Below are positions 40,801 to 49,117 of a stretch of 64,000 bases of DNA, one piece after another; the stretch's first letter is position 1, and each line of letters begins with the position of its first letter. The stretch lies in the NCBI GenBank assembly GCA_937775205.1, contig CALKBX010000016.1, positions 50,992-114,991 on the forward strand, read 5' to 3'. The translations under genes and the position numbers were made by a program. The notes under the pieces were generated by a model. That model was not told the origin of the DNA, searched no databases, and saw only the letters and a list, made by a program, of their open reading frames with translations. The DNA is from an uncultured Verrucomicrobiae bacterium (GTDB lineage Bacteria; Verrucomicrobiota; Verrucomicrobiia; Limisphaerales; UBA1100).

Positions 40801-41809
40801 CATCGAGCAAATCATGCGAGCCGGTGTTCACTGGGTTTCCCGGTCTAACTGACGCCGAAGGCGCCGTGGTCACGGTCGAGTCGCTCTTCGGGGGATTCGA
40901 GCGAACTTTTACTTGTTTGAATTTTTCCTTGATCGAAGCAAACGAACGGCATTTTTTACAAGCCACCCCCGCTTGATGGGAATGATCGCCAGTGCCGATG
41001 AGCGCCTGTGCCTCTTCGGTGCCGCGCAATATCCGCTGCATTGCCCTCGCCTCGGGCGTGGATTGCGCGGCAGGTTTTGCCGCTGCAGTTTTCACCGGCT
41101 GCTTTGCCGCCCCCAGCTCGATGACGCCGCCGCAGCCGGGAATCTTCGATTGATCCACCTCCACGATAACGTGTTTGCCATCGATCTCGTGTGAAATTAA
41201 ATATTGCGTGCCGAACGTATCCACCAACACGCCCATCAACTTCCCTGGCTGGGTGGTTTTGCGGCACATCAACATCAGCGTGTCCGGATCATTATCCAGC
41301 CGACCGACCGAGGTTTCCGCGCCCCCATCAATAAACCGCCGCACCACCACCTCGGTGCTCACCTGAAGATCATCAAACAGATTCAGCCGAATCTTGCCGC
41401 CCAGCGTATTCAACCGCTCCAACGCATCGGGCGAAAGCTTCACCCAACGATGGCGCTTGGCAAGGTTGGATTCAAAAAACGTTTCCGGCCGTTCGCTCTC
41501 CGGCACGTCCACAAACAACTCCGGCCCGTTCTTCCAAAGATCATATTGCCAGTAGCCCACCAAACCCAAAATCACAATCACCATCGAAACCAAGCCCGCC
41601 ACCAATGCGCGCTTGTTCGCCACCGCCAATCCCTCGATGGGCTCGTCGATTTCGCGCAGGGCATACTCCTCATTTTCCCAACGACGACAAATCACCATCG
41701 CCTCATCTTTATCAATAGTGCCCGTGCTGCGCTGCGTCCGCCGCCCATCCGCCGTGGCGTAGCAGCAAACCCAATTATCACTTTTTAGTCGTTTACGTAA
41801 ACTGGCCAT
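34847..41809 (-). CDS. 2320-aa membrane-anchored multidomain protein: integrase-arm-like N-terminus, TM helix, reprolysin-like metzincin, M36/M4-like metallopeptidase with FTP/PepSY propeptide, NHL-like beta-propeller, Gly-rich linker, C-terminal beta-sandwich
   Basis: One uninterrupted ORF. HEYGH (38399-38413) plus GEGFGD. HELGHVLGCAH (36095-36127) plus Met-turn CTIMAY. Propeller motifs GGGV.DP / R.RR.D x6-7. C-terminal SVWWYIEW...FDTTLGVMY...GDRVYFMVDG. Confidence 0.85.
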   Translation of the reverse strand: MASLRKRLKSDNWVCCYATADGRRTQRSTGTIDKDEAMVICRRWENEEYALREIDEPIEGLAVANKRALVAGLVSMVIVILGLVGYWQYDLWKNGPELFVDVPESERPETFFESNLAKRHRWVKLSPDALERLNTLGGKIRLNLFDDLQVSTEVVVRRFIDGGAETSVGRLDNDPDTLMLMCRKTTQPGKLMGVLVDTFGTQYLISHEIDGKHVIVEVDQSKIPGCGGVIELGAAKQPVKTAAAKPAAQSTPEARAMQRILRGTEEAQALIGTGDHSHQAGVACKKCRSFASIKEKFKQVKVRSNPPKSDSTVTTAPSASVRPGNPVNTGSHDLLDAVRFSQPILAAIDNTRSFGLWGRGGSAIQSTGPSSPGILEHLRGGDVEIIDVLFVYTDDLRAAQTGATPEDQLENLKLSITRTIELTNAIFSNCHIPLEVRTADVTLARWRAMSGGDATLASSGGPSGAAWEEVQAPVRPVFNTDSDPPAYTKDWTNGAKVGVYRPKYEMYNPSKLTPPGELGDALSWIGQNSNSLLYGDQYWGLGTFEAAGGAEQWPHNNLPSNIAWVLVPIVDMSPAAGDNAASFTYSNEEAPELNTGPVEHGESSHGLTDPNVGVPGNPVTTLPAGVPAMSHIPVQQYHDLTGPAKGLVMVDIGADTIEWLGGTDHGLATGSVVYFESWGTAPDTNASAIPIWNVYQQPAKLAEVQVQSAEGGAAGGRPQPKPQPKPQPKPQPKPGDSVGKGAPKPEGPGIPKVTYPVVAGFNGVFTRAQHYPRLLIGKRTTQPMFEGGRASYWYLDYPGDVADPEKSARAFLGAMAQQLRMKADTSDLQLLEVKHGLGTGHARFQQVLHGIPVYGGYVSVHQRPSGAIHALHTKYHHSLSVDAQARPAISITSAKAAAYRKGGVTRPRMPGSGKLVWWPDERGGAKLAWEVTICALKPLGDFHTVVDAQSGRVLSQENRICFATGVGNVFIPNPYQRKGGNADGTLRDDPAGIADNNSTELDGYMTNVSLPRLSAGSGVLVGTYADMVRLDNGTAPPVPLANDAGRIYNYSRNDVRFEQANVYYTIDRVGAHISSLGFSSSNTPPNGIRDANATRSCAQWDGSQNAFYSSANNSLHFGTGVIDSAEDSDVVAHEYGHAITYDQNINWGLGGEFGAMGEGFGDYLAVTTFFNDGNSLYQTHHAAVVGEWFGMGFDTFDNSLDVSKGEIKTILGGGTIGNFIDDNSSARSTDVEIRSVEDFVIESTNWQKLYFTDNNGSRVRRMDFNATFGTTVDVNSSFTIIAGGGVQDPDANASAANVALQQSLGTLGAIDHNSTEGIFFVDKNSTGSCRIRRIDTNGSLTTVAGGGVTDPNSISNEPGAASPMATTLDFSSIEDIAFDDLNRLYLSSTVGQRVWRLETNGSIILFGGGGTSELENQPATSSRLGGTHTLATDIETGFLGTTRFVYVDANSTANSMRIRRILVDDNAALRTISTVAGIVGGINPDAGGTPVNAVNALLTNVDGIAFDGSGRLYFGDRGGQKVRRVEATVNFFGNKTYSTLSVVSGGGVTDPGDGGATANAVIGPVKSIAVDVASQVYSLGKTAAGGLRIRKCFGGPPIDPPMVRRIDGNKMYPADLVGSVHDDGEIWSRALWDIRAAIVASDGNASVADRLILQHHFGLPAGATMRTAALSLNNADISLYSGVHTNSIQTAFNNRGITADGDYTGGTGVRLVLNTDYYVSRVDATKINIHSSMGEAVKGLNKIDFNGTGFNVMMVRSTTGDISYGQAYQPPNPANVMPVVGTNGVDVGALRMDINGGRGQRYPNLHGAFGDFAMGVSSARADLVCILTENVGGAAAGLAQKLTMRGPNPPPNLMSGTTRPDGVDFNSSQVLSNRDSVRNLSLQGQYLGGGYTFQHELGHVLGCAHGLGDVGAGSPPGTPGLHPHDTGITFSPYAYTNSNGVADEFLAVGNHFSSWGSDGFGAKYCTIMAYASTRGSTTVPLFSSPVAYWKGEPTGLLRGMFLPPPLSSYDKPLYLDHARTISAVGHHAAFFRDSNGSGRASSRTSTRPSPPKGLPGERPNNFARGGSRTGGSTQAGSGAGTQFAGNPANPNQINIGTAKKPGKGLGGGSSGGGGTTNTNQNNGGNPSFPKGGGGMPNKGGGLGTGGGGGLPPGGTNTVPNLPINPAVPNDHRYSATKWFGGRWANNNTVFATVINGHNNGATRENTERNHPAFHGKSVWWYIEWPGPDPVKLKELEATTKGSTFDTTLGVMYVPKGQLAAQVPLNNQYFKWNNNAPGGVGPFSTVIVPQLTLNAGDRVYFMVDGVGGATGKIRLGVKMEK
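39609..39656 (-). repeat. 4 x 12-nt tandem repeat encoding a (PQPK)n linker in the giant protein
   Basis: ggctttggctga x4 on the plus strand, corresponding to residues 717-734. Confidence 0.95.
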
Positions 41810-41814
41810 GATGT

Positions 41815-41917
41815 GGTAACAACTTGTTTTTTAATGTGAACACAAGGGTAACAACGCCTCGTTGCCCAATCTCTACCACGACTTCCCGTTTTAAGCAAAT
41901 TATTTTTTGGTAACAAC
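41815..41917 (+). repeat. Three direct copies of GGTAACAAC (41815, 41847, 41909) immediately upstream of the giant gene start
   Basis: Exact 9-mers on the same strand, spaced 32 and 62 nt (about 3 and 6 helical turns), within an AT-richer intergenic region. Confidence 0.6.
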
Positions 41918-41995
41918 ACAACCTTTTTTATTCACAGGTTTTGGGCGGTTTTTTAAATTTTCAAACTTTTGCAGGAAATTTTCCGTACTCGCAAG

Positions 41996-42042
41996 CTCAT
42001 CCCTCCATTCAAAGTCAAAACCGCATCGATTGGAGGGACGAG
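41996..42042 (+). other. 12-bp (one mismatch) inverted repeat / stem-loop in the intergenic region upstream of the MoxR operon
   Basis: ctcatccctcca...23 nt...tggagggacgag. Confidence 0.4.
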
Positions 42043-42119
42043 CTTGCAGGTCCAAACCCAAAACAAAATTAACCGACAAACCCAAAAATCAAACACCCCA
42101 AACCCACAACGAACTCCCC

Positions 42120-42148
42120 TTGACAGAATTGAAAACCGCATTATCTTC
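42120..42148 (+). promoter_or_regulatory. Candidate sigma70-like promoter (TTGACA-16 nt-TATCTT) for the MoxR/vWA operon
   Basis: A consensus -35 at 42120-42125. The -10 ends about 13 nt before the ATG at 42161, implying a very short leader. Confidence 0.3.
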
Positions 42149-42160
42149 ATCCCAGTAGCG

Positions 42161-43567
42161 ATGAACCCATCCGACCGATCACTTCAATCATTTTCACGAC
42201 GTGTTTACGCCATGATGTTCCGGCGCACTGCCCTGCGTTGGATGGGGGTGTGGCTGATGGGGCTGGGTGTGCTGGCTTTGGTGGTGCGACTCACAGCGAG
42301 TTTGCCGCCGTATTGGTGGGCGTATGGATTGGGGTCGCTGGTCATTTTGTTGGGCGCGGCATGGCAGCGCGAATTGAAGCGCCGACCGAGTGCGGAACAA
42401 TTGCGCGCCACCTTCGATAAAGAAAACAAGGCCGGCGGTTTGGTGATGGCCGATGCCGAAGTGAACACGGAGGCGTGGGCGGAACGACAAAATAATTTGC
42501 GCCTTCCCAATCTGCGCTGGCGCGGGGGTCGCGCGTATGGTGGGCTGATGTTAGCGTTAATTTTTCTGGCGGTCACCCTGCTCGTCCCCACGCGCTTTGC
42601 CAAACTGCTCGCTGAGCCGCCACTGGAGATTGGCCAAACTATTGAGCAAGCGCGCGAACAGGTGAATATTTTGGAGGAGGAAAATATTCTGTCCGAACAG
42701 GAAGCCGAAGTGAAGCGTTCGGAACTGGAACGACTCAAAGAGGATGCCACCGGTTTTAATCCAGCCAAAACTTGGGAGGCGCTCGACCACCTCAAGCTCT
42801 CCAATCAAAACCTCGCCGAACAAGCCGCGCAGGAAGCCCTGGAAAAAATGGCCGCCCTCACCGAAGCCGAGTTGCTCGGCAATGCCGTCGACAAAATGCC
42901 GGCCGATGCCGCGCCTGATTCGGAAGAAAAAGCATTGAAGGAACTGGGCGCGTTATTGAATGACCTGTTAGATAACGAAGCGCTGGAAAATCTCGCGCCG
43001 GAAATCCAAAAGGCCCTCCAGCAAGCCGGCCAAAAAAACCTGCCGATGGATCCCGAACAACTCGCGCCGCTGCTCAAGGCGTTGCGCGAAAATAAAGACG
43101 CCCTCCAAAAGCTCGCGCAAAAGCTCGCGCAAAATAATCTCATCCCGCCCGGGCTAGCCGAGCAACTCAAAGGCGCGGGCGAATTGCCCGGTGGCCAAGC
43201 CCTCAAGGATTTATTGGCCAAGGGCGGCTTTCAACAGGAAGAACTGCGCGAGTTTTTGGAGCAAATGGGCCAGGGCCAAGGCGGCCTCGAACGCGGCCCC
43301 GGCGCAGGCCCAACCCAATACGGCCAACCCACGGACGAAGCGGGCGCGGCGTTTAAGGAGGAAAAACTTTCACCCAGCGTGAGTCTCAATCAGGCGCGCC
43401 TCGCGGGGGTGACCTCCAGCGCGCCGGAAGTCACTGGCGGCGAAGCGGTGCTCGGCCGCGATGCATTGCAAAACACCCAAGCCGGCGGCGGCAGCGCGCT
43501 GACCGCCCCCGTCCTCCCCCGCCATCGCGGCACAGTAAATCGCTTTTTCCAACGCGGGGAAGATTGA
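42161..43567 (+). CDS. Membrane protein with a long acidic coiled-coil region (first gene of the MoxR/vWA operon)
   Basis: 468 aa. Three N-terminal TM helices, E/L/K/Q-rich heptad-like stretches, and a C-terminal ..LPRHRGTVNRFFQR tail. Confidence 0.6.
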   Translation: MNPSDRSLQSFSRRVYAMMFRRTALRWMGVWLMGLGVLALVVRLTASLPPYWWAYGLGSLVILLGAAWQRELKRRPSAEQLRATFDKENKAGGLVMADAEVNTEAWAERQNNLRLPNLRWRGGRAYGGLMLALIFLAVTLLVPTRFAKLLAEPPLEIGQTIEQAREQVNILEEENILSEQEAEVKRSELERLKEDATGFNPAKTWEALDHLKLSNQNLAEQAAQEALEKMAALTEAELLGNAVDKMPADAAPDSEEKALKELGALLNDLLDNEALENLAPEIQKALQQAGQKNLPMDPEQLAPLLKALRENKDALQKLAQKLAQNNLIPPGLAEQLKGAGELPGGQALKDLLAKGGFQQEELREFLEQMGQGQGGLERGPGAGPTQYGQPTDEAGAAFKEEKLSPSVSLNQARLAGVTSSAPEVTGGEAVLGRDALQNTQAGGGSALTAPVLPRHRGTVNRFFQRGED

Positions 43568-43634
43568 TTGGTAGGGACACGCCTTTTTTGCGTGAATGGC
43601 CCGTCCGGTGCGGTTAGGGTTTCCACACATTCCT

Positions 43635-44678
43635 ATGAGTGAAACTACCCGCCTACTCAAACCGGAAGAACTGACTCCGGCCACCGAACTCACCCGGCAA
43701 GTGCTGGAACAACTCGATCGCAGCCTGCTCGGGCGCGCGGAGCTGCATCGGCTCGTGCTCATCGGCCTGCTCAGTCGCGGCCACATTTTATTGGAAGGCC
43801 TTCCCGGCTTGGGCAAAACCGCGCTGGTGCAAACCATCGGCAACGTGATGAAGCTGCAATTCAGCCGCGTGCAGTTTACGCCGGACCTCATGCCGGGCGA
43901 TGTGCTGGGCACGCATATTTTGCAGGAGACGGACACGGGCAAACGCGAAATGATTTTTGAACCGGGCCCGGTGTTCACTAATATTTTGTTGGCGGACGAA
44001 ATCAACCGCGCCTCGCCCAAAACCCAAAGCGCGATGCTCGAGACGATGCAGGAACACTCCGTCACTTTGCGCGGCCAAACGCGGCCGTTGCCCGATCCGT
44101 TCTTCGTGCTCGCCAGCCAAAACCCCATCGAGATGGAGGGCACGTATCCGCTGCCCGAGGCGCAACTGGACCGCTTTCTTTTTCGCGTGATGTTCGATGC
44201 GGTGGATGCGTCGGTGCTGCAAAACATCATCACCGGTCGGCGCCGCGGCAATGTGCCCGCGCCGGAATGGCAGCTCGACGCCGATGACCTCAACTATCTT
44301 TTCAGTGTAATGGAACATATTTTCCTGCCCAAACCGGTGGCGAGTTATATCGCGCGATTGGTTTCGGCCACGCATCCGGACAACGCCGAGGCACCGGAGC
44401 CGGTTGCGCGCTACGTTCAATACGGCGCTTCCCCACGCGCCGCCATCGCCATGGCCGAGGCGGCGCGGGCCCACGCGCTGGTGGATGGCCGCCCCACCGT
44501 CGGCTTTGAAGATGTGCGCGCCATCGCGCGGCCGGTTTTGAACCATCGGTTGATTTTGAATTATCAAGCGCGCTTCGACCGCGTGGATGCCCACGGCGTG
44601 CTCGATCAATTACTCGAAGCCCTCGACGACACCGGCCTGCATTTGCCCGAGGATGTTTCCCTGCAACCCACCAGATGA
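43635..44678 (+). CDS. moxR: MoxR-family AAA+ ATPase
   Basis: LLEGLPGLGKT (Walker A), LLADEINRASPKTQSAMLE (Walker B region), PEAQLDRF. Confidence 0.9.
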   Translation: MSETTRLLKPEELTPATELTRQVLEQLDRSLLGRAELHRLVLIGLLSRGHILLEGLPGLGKTALVQTIGNVMKLQFSRVQFTPDLMPGDVLGTHILQETDTGKREMIFEPGPVFTNILLADEINRASPKTQSAMLETMQEHSVTLRGQTRPLPDPFFVLASQNPIEMEGTYPLPEAQLDRFLFRVMFDAVDASVLQNIITGRRRGNVPAPEWQLDADDLNYLFSVMEHIFLPKPVASYIARLVSATHPDNAEAPEPVARYVQYGASPRAAIAMAEAARAHALVDGRPTVGFEDVRAIARPVLNHRLILNYQARFDRVDAHGVLDQLLEALDDTGLHLPEDVSLQPTR

Positions 44679-46604
44679 TCCGTCTTTGGCAAATCGTGTG
44701 TGTCGTGCCATTGCTAGCCTTTAGCCTATTGGGCGGTGAGCTGACGTTCAAAAATGTGCACATCCGCACGCGCACCCTCGCCGATGCGCAACATTCCCAT
44801 GGATACACGGCGCACCAGTTTGAGCTGGAAAACCTTTCCGGAAAAAAACACACGGTTACGATCCAATTCCCGTCAGAAGATCACCACGACGGATCCAACA
44901 TCACAGATCTGCGCCGCACCGTGGCACTCGGCCCAAATAGCCGTAAAGTGGTTTCGCTATATCAACCACCCCTTTCCATCGACTCTTATGCCCGCAGCGC
45001 ATTCATCACCGTGGATGGCGAAACACGCCGGCTAGCTGATGCCTTTGGCGGCCATGTGAACAGCCTCGCCAATCTGGGCATCCACCAGCCGGCGGTGGTG
45101 CTGGCCAGCCGTTCGTGGAACGGCAAGTTTGCCTCGAACCCAACATACGAGGTGAACATCGCCGAAGGACTCATCACCCAGTGGGCGCGCCATTGGCTAG
45201 CATATAGCGGGTTTGACGTGGTGGTGGTGCGCGCGAACGAATGGAACGCGGCTCCGACTGAGGTTCGGATGGCCATTGTGCAATACGTGCGCGCGGGTGG
45301 ACGACTGTTCGTACTGGGATCCATCACTTTACCGCCGGACGCCCGAAAGCTGAACACCACCCAACTGGCCGCCCGGCAGCAGTCGGCAAGCGCTCTGTTA
45401 GAAAAAGTGAACATCATTAGCGTCTCCAAATCCTCCGGAAGGGAAGACTATCCGGAAGAAAACATGGGGCATGAAGAACATGAGGGACATAAGCAGCCTG
45501 GAAACCGGCCAGACACAGAATCCCTCCGCAGTCGCGAGCTCCGTGTATACTCTGGGGTGGGGGCTGATCCGAGTACTGGACCCTACGGTCACCGAAATGA
45601 GAAACCATCGGAGCATGCTAGAGGCAATTGAAAATCTCCGCTCCAACGAACAAGTCCGGATGCCAGCTTTGTCATCCGTAATGGCCGGCGCTCGGAATTT
45701 GCATACCGAAGATAAATATTCTTATTATCAGGAATCTTCGGGCAGCTTCGACGATTACTTTCCCATCGTGGAAGACTCCGGTGTGCCGGTGCGATTAATG
45801 ATTGTGATTTTAATTGGGTTTGTAGTTTTGGCGGGGCCGGTGAATTTGGTATTGCTGCACAAGCTTAAGCGGCGGACGTGGTTTTTGTGGACTCTCCCGG
45901 CAATATCAATACTCACCAGTGCAGTGGTGTTTGCCACAGCGCTGCTCAACGAGGGCTTCACGCCCACAGTGCGGCGTGATGTCATCACAATTCTTGATCA
46001 CCAATCCCAACAGGCAACCACCGTCGGCGCGCTGGGCATTTACGCGCCGGTAGCTCCGGGGAATCTGGAATTCTCCGCACACACAGAGGTGACCCCGTTG
46101 CTCAGTTCCCGCGGTCAGGATTCCGGTAGTAATCGCGGAATAAACTGGACGAAAGGGCAACTCTTTACTGGGAAATGGATAGCCTCGCGCGTACCAGCAC
46201 ATTTTGCGGTACGAAAAAGTGAGTCGCGCAAGGAACGCCTCAGTGTCACGTGGAAAAGTGGCACGCCCACGGTGGTGAACAGCCTCGGCACGGACATCAC
46301 CTACTTGTGCTTGGCGGATGCACAGGGAAACATTTTTGAAGCCACCCACCTTCGCGCCGGGCAACGCGCCGAACTCCAACGTGTCGCGGGCAAACAAACG
46401 GTCATCAATTATTTGAACACCAACTTTTTGTTGTCTACCGACAAGGATACCCCGGAAAGTGAGTACCCGAAAAACCTCTCGGCGGGCACCTACCTCGCGC
46501 GGCTGGATGACTCCCCCTTTATGGAAAACCCCATCGGCCGCGGGCAGCTCAAGACACACGCGGTGGTGCTGGGCGTACTCACAAAATCGGAGGCCGGCCC
46601 GTGA
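44675..46604 (+). pseudogene. Signal-peptide/TM protein of unknown function, probably one ~640-aa gene split by a frameshift near 45465
   Basis: ORFs 44675-45631 and 45471-46604 overlap by 160 nt in different frames. The frame-2 tail is low-complexity, whereas frame 0 reads YTLGWGLIRVLDP... ATGA/GTGA coupling at both ends. Confidence 0.5.
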
Positions 46605-47530
46605 AAATTCGTGTGCAAAATCTGCGGCGTGAGTTTGGCAAAACAATCGCGGTAAACTCCGTTTCCTTTGAGTTTGAGTCCGGCCAAATCTACGCCTTCG
46701 TCGGCCCCAACGGCGCGGGCAAAACCACCACCATGCGCATTATGGCCACGCTCGATGAGCCCAACGCCGGTGATGTGTTTATGGACGATCTCTCGGTGGT
46801 GGAGTATCCGGAAAAGGCGCGCCAGATCATCGGTTTTGTGCCCGATGAATTGAAGCCGTATTGGGACACCACCGTGCACGAGTACCTTGATTTTTTCGCG
46901 CGCGCCTACGGACTGCGCGGCACTCAACGCACCGAAGCCGTGGCCAGCGTGGAGGAATTCACCAACGTAGCGGGCATTCGCGAGAAGACGTTGCGCTCGT
47001 TGTCCAAAGGAATGAAACAGCGCGTCAGCCTCGGGCGCGCGTTGGTGGCCGATCCGCAGGTGCTCATTCTCGACGAGCCCGCCGCCGGATTGGATCCCCG
47101 CGCGCGGGTGGAACTGCGCGAACTCCTCACCCTCCTCGCCAAGCAAGGCAAAGCCATTCTCATCAGCTCGCACATTCTCACGGAGCTGACGGAAATTTGC
47201 GACGGCGTCGTCATCATCGAACAGGGCAACCTGTTGGAGAGCGGCAACATCGATGACGTCATGGCCAAGCGCACGCCGCGCCGCACTTACGCCCTGCGCG
47301 TGCTGGGCGAGCCACGGGATTTACTGCGCGAGCTGCTGCAAACCGCCCACGTGGAAAACCCGCGCATGGCCGGCACTGAATTGCATTTCGAAGTGGAAGG
47401 CGGCGAGGACGAAGCCTTTGGCGTGCTCAACGCCCTCATCGTCGCCGGCCATCGCGTGGTGGAATTCCGCCAAACCAAAGCCAACCTCGAGGACATTTTT
47501 ATGAACGTCACCACCGGAGGCGTCCAATGA
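46601..47530 (+). CDS. ABC transporter ATP-binding protein (ABC-2 subfamily type)
   Basis: GPNGAGKTT (Walker A), LSKGMKQR (signature), LILDEP (Walker B). The GTG start overlaps the upstream TGA. Confidence 0.9.
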   Translation: MKIRVQNLRREFGKTIAVNSVSFEFESGQIYAFVGPNGAGKTTTMRIMATLDEPNAGDVFMDDLSVVEYPEKARQIIGFVPDELKPYWDTTVHEYLDFFARAYGLRGTQRTEAVASVEEFTNVAGIREKTLRSLSKGMKQRVSLGRALVADPQVLILDEPAAGLDPRARVELRELLTLLAKQGKAILISSHILTELTEICDGVVIIEQGNLLESGNIDDVMAKRTPRRTYALRVLGEPRDLLRELLQTAHVENPRMAGTELHFEVEGGEDEAFGVLNALIVAGHRVVEFRQTKANLEDIFMNVTTGGVQ

Positions 47531-49117
47531 GCGAGGCGGTGAAATCCACGCGCTTCGCTTGGCTGCGCAGCATCGAGCCCAACGCCGTGTTGGTGAAAGA
47601 CCTCCGCCAAGCCGCGCGCAACTGGTCGGTCACCGGCGCGGTGCTGTTGATGATGGCCATTTTCTTCGTCGTTTCGCTGGGCTTCCTGCTTACTGACGAA
47701 ATGGCCGGACGCGGCAATTACCTTGGCGCGCAACTCTTCGGTTCCATCGCAGGTGTGATGATGGCGGTCACCTTTATTTTCCTGCCCATTTACGTAGGCA
47801 TCCGCTCCATCGCCGAGCGCGCTAGCGCTAGCGCGGATTTGCTGTACATCACCACCATGAGCCCTGCGCGCATCATCGCCGGCAAATTCCTCAGCGGCGC
47901 AGCCTTGGTGGGGATCTTCTTCACGGCGGCGCTGCCCTTCATGGTGTTCAGCTATTTACTACGCGGCATTGATCTACCAACCATCTTGCTGACAGTGAGG
48001 CTACCTGTATGTATTGAACTGCCTGCTTCTACTGGCGGCAATGATGCTGGCTTCAATGGGGATTCATTTCATTTTCAAAATCCTCATCGCATTGTTCGTT
48101 GGGTTGCCGTTGATATTTTACACCATGGCTGCGGTTCTCGGCACGGCAATGATTGCCGGATTTGGCGGAGCTCTTTCGGGTGGCCGATTCTTGGCGGAGG
48201 CCCTGCCCATCATCCTTACCATACTGCTGAATATCGGCCTCGCGGCCGGGTTGCTATTTTTCCTGTGTGTTTCCTTTATCACCCCGCGCACTGCCAATCG
48301 CGAGTTTCCGCTGCGCGTGTATTGCGCGGTGATGTGGGCGGTAATCGGGCTGGAGGCCGGCGTGTGGACTTTGGTGAAAGATGATTGGGAAATATTTGGC
48401 TACGTATTTGGAGCCTTCTGCGGACTGCTGGGGGCACTGGGGATTTTTTACGCCATCGGGCAGGAGGATCACCTCAGCGTGCGAGTGCGTCGTGATATCC
48501 CGCGTAATCCCCTTCGCCGTGCGGTGGCATTTTTATTTTTCAACGGCGCACTCGGTGGGTTAATCCTGAGTTGTCTGTTCAGTTTTGGAGGATTACTGCT
48601 CATATTCGCTAGCTTGGAGGCGTGGCCCATGCTCACGGGAAGTTCCTCGAGCACACATGATTGGAGTGAATTTTGTTCCGGCTTCATAATACTGGGATTG
48701 TACCTCATCGCCCATGCGCTAATGTCGCTGTGGATCCACCGCACATGGCTACCAACCCGCAGCCCGATGTGGTCGCGCCTGTTTTTTTTGGTGAGTATCG
48801 TGATTCCGTATTGCGCCACTTATGTGATTTACTATCTGTTCACCCAGGATTTTCTCGAGGACGGAACGATCCCCGGTATCATGCTCAATTCTTTCTATGC
48901 CATCGCCGATGGGGATGAGGAGAGTGTATACGCCCACCTAATTGCCGCGCTGGTGTTGGCGGTGGGGGCTCTGGTGTTGAATGCAAAATGGATTTTCGAG
49001 CGCCTCAAGGATTTCAAACCCTACGAACGCCCGACGACTCCCGTGCCTCCCACGCCACCCGTAACCCAAACTGCACCAGCAGCCAATGAAAACCCCATTC
49101 CGCCAAAGCTTGGTTGA
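47527..49117 (+). pseudogene. ABC-2-type polytopic permease with a frameshift near 47997
   Basis: ..RGIDLPTILLTV (frame 1) continues as GYLYVLNCLLLLAAMMLASMGIHF.. (frame 2). One extra base is present at gtg-a-ggc. Confidence 0.6.

Noticed and set aside
43370-44293. 307-aa minus-strand ORF, and similar ORFs at 43788-44609, 50300-51283, 62203-63066, 4226-5161, 10753-11445 and 12586-13392
   Set aside because: All are antisense to well-supported genes (MoxR, BatA-like, RND pump, SpeE-like, AsmA-like). Their composition is biased and no motifs were recognisable.
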